Shown here: piece by piece, positions 25,474 to 32,000 of the stretch
Position numbering within the stretch: position 1 is the first letter of the stretch
Layout of the letters: each line of letters begins with the position of its first letter
Assembly (NCBI RefSeq): GCF_025148785.1
Contig: NZ_CP102271.1
Coordinates: forward strand, 1,387,972-1,419,971
Direction of reading: 5' to 3'
Length of the DNA: 32,000 nucleotides
From: Catenibacterium mitsuokai
Lineage (GTDB): Bacteria > Bacillota_I > Bacilli_A > Erysipelotrichales > Coprobacillaceae
Position numbers and translations under genes: made by a program
The notes under the pieces: model-generated
What the model was told of the DNA's origin: nothing
The model's input: the letters and a program-made list of their open reading frames with translations, nothing else
The model's database searches: none

Positions 25474-28023
25474 ATGACAGAAAAAAATATTATTATGTCC
25501 TTAGAGGATATCATGGGTGACCGCTTTGGACGTTATTCTAAATATATTATCCAGGATCGTGCATTACCTGATGTAAGAGATGGATTAAAGCCAGTACAAA
25601 GAAGAATTCTATATGCTATGTGGAAAGAAGGAAATCTTCCTAACAAGCCATATCGTAAGTCAGCTAAGACGGTCGGTACTGTTATTGGTAATTATCATCC
25701 TCATGGAGATTCTTCTGTTTATGAAGCAATGGTTCGTTTATCACAGGATTGGAAGATGCGTATGCCTTTAGTAGATATGCAAGGTAATAACGGATCTATT
25801 GATAATGACCCAGCTGCTGCCATGCGTTATACTGAAGCACGTCTCGCACCTATTGCACTTGATCTCATTAAGGATATTGATAAAGAAACAGTGCCGATGG
25901 CACTCAACTTCGATGATACTGAATATGAACCAACTGTATTTCCTGCAAAATATCCGAACTTATTAGTTAATGGAGCTACAGGAATCTCAGCTGGTTATGC
26001 CACTGATATTCCTCCTCATAATTTAGAGGAAGTGATTGATGCTACTATTTACCGTATTAAGCATCCTCATTGTTCATTTGATGAACTTCATCAATTCATT
26101 AAAGGGCCTGATTTCCCTACTGGAGCGATTGTTGAAGGAGCCAGTGATATTGCGACTGCCTTAAGAACTGGTCGTGGTAAGGTTGTTGTTCGTTCACGTT
26201 ATAAAATTGTAGAACAGAAGAATATCAATCAGATTCTTATTACAGAAATCCCTTATGAAGTCAATAAGGCTGAACTTGTAAGAAAGATGGCTGAGATTCA
26301 GTTTAATCGTGATATTGATGGAATTATTGAAGTCAGAGATGAATCTGACCGTAATGGATTATGTATTGCAGTTGATTTAAAGAAGGATGTTGATGCAAGA
26401 AATACATTGAACTACTTCTTTAAAAATACAGATTTACAGAAGAACTATAACTATAATATGACTGCAATCAAGGATAAGCGTCCAGTATTAATGGGTATTG
26501 AAGATATTCTTGATGGCTATATCAAACATGAATGTGAAGTCGTTACTAAGCGTTCTATTTTTGATCTCAATAAAGCACAGGAACGTGAGCATATTGTAGA
26601 AGGGCTTATCAAGGCTATTTCTATTCTTGACGAAGTAGTCAAGACAATTAGAGCGTCTAAGGATAAGGCGGATGCAAAAGTGAATTTAATGAACGCTTTT
26701 GGCTTCACTGAAAGACAGGCAGAAGCGATTGTTACTTTACAGCTTTATCGTTTGACAAATACTGATATTGTATCCTTAGAAAATGAACAGAAAGAATTAC
26801 AGGCTCTCATTGAAAGTTTAAATGCGATTTTAACTAGTGAAAAAGTATTAAGAAAAGTAATTATAGATGAGTTAAAAGGGGTTAAGAAGAAATATCCAAC
26901 ACCTCGTTTGACTGAAATTAAAGATGAAATCATGGATACGTCTGTGAACCAGCAGGCAATGATCATTTCTGAAGATGTTTATGTATCTATTACACGTGAT
27001 GGCTACTTCAAGAAGATTTCTACACGTTCTTATAAAGCCTCTGATGAGAATACATTTGGGAAAAAAGATACTGATATGCTTGTTGACTTATTTGAAGCCA
27101 ATACATTGGATGTCATTCTTTCATTCACAAATAAAGGAAACTATTGTTTCGTGCCTGTTTATAAGTTAGAAGACTTCAAGTGGAAGGATCTAGGTAAACA
27201 TCTAAGTTATTTAATTAAATTAGGTAATGATGAGAAGATTATTGGTAATATTCTTGTTAAATCATTCGATTTAGACCAATATGTTGTCTTATCAAGCAAG
27301 AATGGACAAATTAAACGTGTAAGTATTAAGGACTTTAATGTCAGCCGTTTCTCTAAGCCATTAAAGTGTATGAATTTAAAGGATAATGATGAACTTATCA
27401 GTGTTGATATAAGTGATGGAACAAAGGGTATTATTACTGTCACTAAAGCAGGATATGGTACTTTATATAGTGAAGATGAAATATCTATATTAGGTGTAAA
27501 AGCAGGTGGCGTAAAAGGCATCAATATGCGTGATGATGAGGTTGCCTTTATGAGTGTCTTTGATCCTTCAATCGCTTCGTCTTTATTACTTGTTTTGAAT
27601 CCTGCCCATTTTAAACGTATTCATATAAGTGATATTCCAGCATGTCATCGTGCAACTAAAGGAACATTGTTATTTAAATCATTAAAGACAAAACCAACTA
27701 AGATTTTTACTGGATTTATCTGTAATCCACAGGATGAATTTACTATTAAGAGTGGTACAGAAACAATGAAGCTTGTATCTAAAGATATCAGCTTTGGTGC
27801 ACTAAGCGCTAAGGCCAACACTTTAAAACAATGCCCATTTGATTTTATTGATGATGTACATCTCACACGCTCTATGGTGATTAAAGAACATGCAAAAAAG
27901 AAAATAGAGGAAAATAAAGTAGATCTCACAATTAAAGATCCAAATCTATTTGATGAGATGGAAGGGGATCCTGATACAGAGTTTGAATTTATTTCAATGG
28001 ATGATTATCTTGATGAAAAGTAG
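25474..28023 (+). CDS. parC: DNA topoisomerase IV subunit A
   Basis: RALPDVRDGLKPVQRRILYAM, HPHGDSSVYEAMVRLSQDWKMR; follows parE. Confidence 0.95.
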   Translation: MTEKNIIMSLEDIMGDRFGRYSKYIIQDRALPDVRDGLKPVQRRILYAMWKEGNLPNKPYRKSAKTVGTVIGNYHPHGDSSVYEAMVRLSQDWKMRMPLVDMQGNNGSIDNDPAAAMRYTEARLAPIALDLIKDIDKETVPMALNFDDTEYEPTVFPAKYPNLLVNGATGISAGYATDIPPHNLEEVIDATIYRIKHPHCSFDELHQFIKGPDFPTGAIVEGASDIATALRTGRGKVVVRSRYKIVEQKNINQILITEIPYEVNKAELVRKMAEIQFNRDIDGIIEVRDESDRNGLCIAVDLKKDVDARNTLNYFFKNTDLQKNYNYNMTAIKDKRPVLMGIEDILDGYIKHECEVVTKRSIFDLNKAQEREHIVEGLIKAISILDEVVKTIRASKDKADAKVNLMNAFGFTERQAEAIVTLQLYRLTNTDIVSLENEQKELQALIESLNAILTSEKVLRKVIIDELKGVKKKYPTPRLTEIKDEIMDTSVNQQAMIISEDVYVSITRDGYFKKISTRSYKASDENTFGKKDTDMLVDLFEANTLDVILSFTNKGNYCFVPVYKLEDFKWKDLGKHLSYLIKLGNDEKIIGNILVKSFDLDQYVVLSSKNGQIKRVSIKDFNVSRFSKPLKCMNLKDNDELISVDISDGTKGIITVTKAGYGTLYSEDEISILGVKAGGVKGINMRDDEVAFMSVFDPSIASSLLLVLNPAHFKRIHISDIPACHRATKGTLLFKSLKTKPTKIFTGFICNPQDEFTIKSGTETMKLVSKDISFGALSAKANTLKQCPFDFIDDVHLTRSMVIKEHAKKKIEENKVDLTIKDPNLFDEMEGDPDTEFEFISMDDYLDEK

Positions 28024-28094
28024 GAAATATCCTTTCTACCTCTATGTAATTGAATAAAAATAGTGTAAAATGACCTAAGAAAAGGAAGGTATAT

Positions 28095-29183
28095 ATGACA
28101 GAAATAAGATGTTATGGATGTGGCGCCATCATTCAAAGCGCTGATACTAAAAAGCCTGGCTATGTGCCAGAGTCTGCTTTAAGCAAAGAAAAGATTCTTT
28201 GTCAAAGATGTTATAAATTAATGCATTATCATCAGAAAATGGAATCTCATTTAACTAAAGATGATTTCTTACGTGTTTTACAGACTGTGGGAGAAAAAGA
28301 TTGTTTAGTTGTTTATATCGTTGACTTATTTGACTTTAATGGTTCACTTGTACCTGGTCTTATGCGTCATATTGGATATAATGATGTACTTGTGCTGGCA
28401 AATAAAAGAGATATCTTACCTAAGTCTTTAAAGGAACATCGCCTTAATACATGGGTAAGAAGACAATTCAAGGAATATGGAATCAAGCCTCTTGATGTTG
28501 TTGTAACAAGCGGCAAGAAGAATATGAACTTTGATGAAATCTTCGACAAGATTGATGAATATCGTCATGGCCGTGATGTTTATGTCGTAGGTATCACAAA
28601 TGTTGGTAAGTCTACATTTATCAACCGTATGCTGAAGAACTATTCAGATACGACTAATCTTATTACTACAAGTGAATTCCCTGGTACGACACTTGACTTA
28701 ATCAAGATTCCTCTTGATGATCATTCATCTTTATATGATACTCCAGGTATCTTGAATGAACATCAGTACACATCCATTGTGGATGAGAAAGATTTAGCTT
28801 ATATCATGCCTCAGGGAGAAGTAAGACCTATGTCTTTTCAGTTGAATTCTGATCAGTCAATCTTCTTCAGCGGTTTTGCGAGAATTGATTATACAAAAGG
28901 AAATAAAGGAAACTTTATCTGCTACTTCTCGAGAAATATGCAGATTCATCGTACAAAGACTGAAAAAGCAGATGAATTGTTTAATAGACATAAACAGTTA
29001 CAGGTTTATGGACCTGCTTCATCAATGAAGGAAATGAAAGCTTATGAATTCACTTTACCAGAAGAAAAGCGTGATATTGTGATTTCAGGTTTAGGATTTG
29101 TTTGTATTCATGCACCTAAAGGTAAGATTAAGGTTTATGTACCTGACGGTATTGATGTATTTATGAGAGAAAGTTTAATTTAG
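28095..29183 (+). CDS. yqeH: Ribosome biogenesis GTPase YqeH
   Basis: N-terminal zinc finger CYGCGAIIQ...CQRCYKLMHY, circularly permuted GTPase motifs ANKRDILPK and GITNVGKSTFINRML. Confidence 0.95.
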   Translation: MTEIRCYGCGAIIQSADTKKPGYVPESALSKEKILCQRCYKLMHYHQKMESHLTKDDFLRVLQTVGEKDCLVVYIVDLFDFNGSLVPGLMRHIGYNDVLVLANKRDILPKSLKEHRLNTWVRRQFKEYGIKPLDVVVTSGKKNMNFDEIFDKIDEYRHGRDVYVVGITNVGKSTFINRMLKNYSDTTNLITTSEFPGTTLDLIKIPLDDHSSLYDTPGILNEHQYTSIVDEKDLAYIMPQGEVRPMSFQLNSDQSIFFSGFARIDYTKGNKGNFICYFSRNMQIHRTKTEKADELFNRHKQLQVYGPASSMKEMKAYEFTLPEEKRDIVISGLGFVCIHAPKGKIKVYVPDGIDVFMRESLI

Positions 29184-29194
29184 AGGATAAATGA

Positions 29195-29479
29195 ATGTTA
29201 AATAGTAAACAGAAGAAATTTTTAAGAAGTGAAGCACATAGCTTAAAGCCAATTTTCCAGGTTGGTAAAGATGGTGTCGGTGAAAAACAGATCAACAGCA
29301 TCAATGATGCCTTAAAAGCAAAAGAACTTATTAAAGTTAAATTATTAGATACATGCCCTGAAACAGTGAATGAAGTGGCTTTAGAAATCTCAATGGGTAC
29401 TAAAGCAGATGTTGTTCATATTATTGGACATACAATCATCTTCTTTAAATCAAGTGAAAAAGGAATTTATAAAATATAA
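29195..29479 (+). CDS. yhbY: YhbY-like RNA-binding protein (CRM domain)
   Basis: LNSKQKKFLRSEAHSLKPIFQVGKDGV...TKADVVHIIGHTIIFFK. Confidence 0.93.
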   Translation: MLNSKQKKFLRSEAHSLKPIFQVGKDGVGEKQINSINDALKAKELIKVKLLDTCPETVNEVALEISMGTKADVVHIIGHTIIFFKSSEKGIYKI

Positions 29480-30579
29480 TGAAGATTGGTTTACTTGGTG
29501 GTAGTTTTGATCCTATCCATAAAGGGCATATAGAGATTGCAAGCGAAGCAATTACTTCGCTTTCTCTTGATTCATTTTACTTCATTCCTACTAAAAACAA
29601 CCCTTGGAAGGATAATCAGAATGCCCCTGGCGCAAGTCGTAAAGAAATGATAGAGATTGCGATTCACCAGGATCCAAAAATGAAAGTATGTACTATTGAA
29701 CTTGATTCTTTAAGTAATGAGAAGAATTATACAATTGATACAATTCATGCATTAAAGAAGATGTACCCTGATGATACATTGTATTATTTAATGGGTATGG
29801 ATCAGGCAATGGCTTTTGAAAAATGGAAAAATGCGGAAGATATTTCAAAATTAGTCCAGCTTGTTGCATTTAATAGAGGTGGTTATCCTACAACTCATCC
29901 TAATTTAGAGACATATCACTTTATTAAGATGGATAATGTAGAAATCACAGCATCTAGCACAGAAATTAAAGAAGGGGCATTAGATATGCTCGATAAAGAT
30001 GTACTTAGATATATCTCTCAAAATGGCCTTTATCTTGAAACTATGATTAGAAATAGAATGAAAGAAAAACGCTATAAACATACTCTAAGTGTCGCTTCTC
30101 TAACGAGAGATTTTTGTGAAAGTAATGGCATCGATCCTCTCAAGGGCTATATTGCCGGCATGATGCATGATGTTGCAAAAGAAATGCCTCATGATCAGGC
30201 TAAAAAACTGATGAAGAAGTATTATGCTTCTCATTTAGATCAGCCTGAACCTATCTGGCATCAATGGCTCTCACGTTATGTATGTGAGAATGAATTTCTT
30301 ATAAGTGATGAAGAAATCTTAAAAGCAATTGAAGATCATACAACGGCTTCTACATCCATGAGTCTTCTTGGTATGTGCTTATATTGTGCTGATAAGTTGG
30401 ATCCTTTAAGAGGATATGATTCATCAGAACAGATTACTTTATGTAAGCATGATATTGAAGCAGGATTTAGAAACTGTCTGACTGATTTTTATGAATTTTC
30501 AACAAAGAAGCATCGACCAATCGACCCATGTTTCTTTGAGGTTTATGATAAATATGTAAAAGGAGTTAATAATGACTAA
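29479..30579 (+). CDS. nadD: Fusion protein: nicotinate-nucleotide adenylyltransferase (NadD) + YqeK-like HD hydrolase
   Basis: NadD part GLLGGSFDPIHKGHIEIA, YLMGMDQA, ITASSTEIKEG; C-terminal HD part YKHTLSVASLTRDFC, AGMMHDVAKEMP, AIEDHTTAST...ADKLDPLRGYDS, one 366-aa frame. Confidence 0.93.
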   Translation: MKIGLLGGSFDPIHKGHIEIASEAITSLSLDSFYFIPTKNNPWKDNQNAPGASRKEMIEIAIHQDPKMKVCTIELDSLSNEKNYTIDTIHALKKMYPDDTLYYLMGMDQAMAFEKWKNAEDISKLVQLVAFNRGGYPTTHPNLETYHFIKMDNVEITASSTEIKEGALDMLDKDVLRYISQNGLYLETMIRNRMKEKRYKHTLSVASLTRDFCESNGIDPLKGYIAGMMHDVAKEMPHDQAKKLMKKYYASHLDQPEPIWHQWLSRYVCENEFLISDEEILKAIEDHTTASTSMSLLGMCLYCADKLDPLRGYDSSEQITLCKHDIEAGFRNCLTDFYEFSTKKHRPIDPCFFEVYDKYVKGVNND

Positions 30580-30916
30580 AGTAGAATGTATTGTGAAAGC
30601 AATGGACGATAAATTAGCCCAGGATATTGTGGCAATCAATATGGAGAACGCCTCTCCTTTATATGACACATTTATTTTATGTACTGCATCTAATAAACGT
30701 TTATTAAATGCAATTCAGGATAATGTTGTTGATCAATGTGAAATGAATGGTTTTGAAATTAAAAGCATAGAAGGCCGTGGCAATGCGGAATGGATCCTTA
30801 TCGATGCAGGTGATGTGATTTGTCATATCTTCTCTGAAGAAGCACGTAAAGAATATAATTTAGAAAAATTATGGAGCGATATGCCTACTATTGATATCAA
30901 GGAGTATCTTGCATAA
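30572..30916 (+). CDS. rsfS: Ribosomal silencing factor RsfS
   Basis: YDTFILCTASNKRLLNAIQDNV, EGRGNAEWILIDAGDVICHIFSEEARKEYNLEKLW. Confidence 0.95.
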   Translation: MTKVECIVKAMDDKLAQDIVAINMENASPLYDTFILCTASNKRLLNAIQDNVVDQCEMNGFEIKSIEGRGNAEWILIDAGDVICHIFSEEARKEYNLEKLWSDMPTIDIKEYLA

Positions 30917-31629
30917 TGGCTGCCTATAAAGAGTTTTCTTATTATTATGATTCTTTAATGGACCCAGACTTCTATTCAGATTATTTAAAATTCATTCATG
31001 AACATGCTGATCTTAAAACAGTATTAGAACTTGGATGTGGAACAGGCTTGACTGCTATTGAACTCGCAAAAGAAGGGCATCAGGTTCTAGCCACTGATTT
31101 ATCTGAAGATATGGTAAACATCACAGCCTTAAAAGCAAAAGATGAAGGTGTTGAACTTTTAACTGAAACAATCGATATGTGTGATTTTGCACTCTCTCAG
31201 CCTGTCGATACTATCCTTTGTTTAACCGATGCTATCAACTATGTTTTAAGTAAGAAAAAGGTACAGGATGTCTTCAATAACGTTTATGAAGGATTGAAAT
31301 ACAATGGTACTTTCATCTTTGATGTCAACAGCCTTTATAAATGCAATGTGATCTTAGATGATTATCATGAAAAAAATGAGGATGAAGATTTCTTCTTCTC
31401 ATGGGATGTGGAAAGTGACAACAAAGGTGGGATTACGCATCATATTATTATTGATGAAGACGGTCATCATGTTGATGAAACACATCATCAAAAAACTCTT
31501 CCTGTTGAAGAATATGTCAAAATGCTTAAAAAAGCAGGCTTTAAGTCTATTGCTTATTATAGCGATTTTGATGAATACCAGGAAGAGTGTGAACGCATTA
31601 TATTTGTAGTAAAGAAAGTGAGGGATTAA
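30916..31629 (+). CDS. Class I SAM-dependent methyltransferase (YqeM-like)
   Basis: VLELGCGTGLTAIELAKEGHQVLATDLSEDM, position after rsfS. Confidence 0.9.
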   Translation: MAAYKEFSYYYDSLMDPDFYSDYLKFIHEHADLKTVLELGCGTGLTAIELAKEGHQVLATDLSEDMVNITALKAKDEGVELLTETIDMCDFALSQPVDTILCLTDAINYVLSKKKVQDVFNNVYEGLKYNGTFIFDVNSLYKCNVILDDYHEKNEDEDFFFSWDVESDNKGGITHHIIIDEDGHHVDETHHQKTLPVEEYVKMLKKAGFKSIAYYSDFDEYQEECERIIFVVKKVRD

Positions 31630-31630
31630 C

Positions 31631-32000
31631 ATGTTAGGTATTATTGGAGCAATGGAAGAAGAAGTGAATGAAATTCTTGCGTTGATGAAAGTTGAAAACG
31701 AATACCAAGAATGTAATTATCATTTTTATGAAGGCTTCTTAGGAAAAAAAGAAGTTGTTGTCGTACAGGGTGGTATCGGTAAAGTCAATGCCGCTATTTC
31801 AGCCACTCTTTTATTAAAGAACTTTGATATTGATCATGTAATCAATGTTGGTTCTGCCGGTGGACTTGATTTAAAAGAAAATGTTGGTGACGTCATCATT
31901 AGTGAAAAGGTTGTTCATCATGATGTAGATGTCACTGCTTTTGGACGTCCTTACGGACAGATTCCTGATATGCCTCTTTACTATGAAGCAGATCCTACTC
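31631..32000 (+). CDS. mtnN: 5'-methylthioadenosine/S-adenosylhomocysteine nucleosidase, 3' end outside window
   Basis: MLGIIGAMEEEVNEILALM, VVVQGGIGKVNAAISATLLL, NVGSAGGLD. Confidence 0.93.
   Translation, partial: MLGIIGAMEEEVNEILALMKVENEYQECNYHFYEGFLGKKEVVVVQGGIGKVNAAISATLLLKNFDIDHVINVGSAGGLDLKENVGDVIISEKVVHHDVDVTAFGRPYGQIPDMPLYYEADPT

Overview
Mostly a conserved chromosomal region of a low-GC Firmicute (inference: Erysipelotrichia-like), carrying two intact-looking insertion sequences and a decayed accessory patch. Order: 3' part of a PHP/HisJ-type phosphatase gene; complete IS30-family element (721-2055) with a 13-bp direct repeat; tRNA-Arg(TCT); small protein related to the N-terminal part of IS1595 transposases plus a DUF3592-like protein; RNase J-family protein with altered metal ligands; FtsK/SpoIIIE; BMP-type lipoprotein; accessory region ~8.94-12.88 kb (JAB/JAMM-like gene with frameshift, IS1595-family element splitting a small ORF, short membrane peptides, RHH-like protein); nucleoside-type ABC transporter (ATPase plus two permeases); paired M16 peptidases; a structured ncRNA that may be 6S RNA; YnzC/DUF896, transketolase, YneF, histidine phosphatase, PlsY, ParE, ParC, and the YqeH-YhbY-NadD/YqeK-RsfS-methyltransferase-MTA/SAH nucleosidase cluster. 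I found no convincing complete new defence or biosynthetic system. The best leads are the IS boundaries and target sites, the degenerate RNase J, the orphan transposase-derived gene pair, the small membrane peptide next to an RHH gene, and the accessory region sitting between bmp and nupOPQ. All family assignments come from reading motifs, with no database search.
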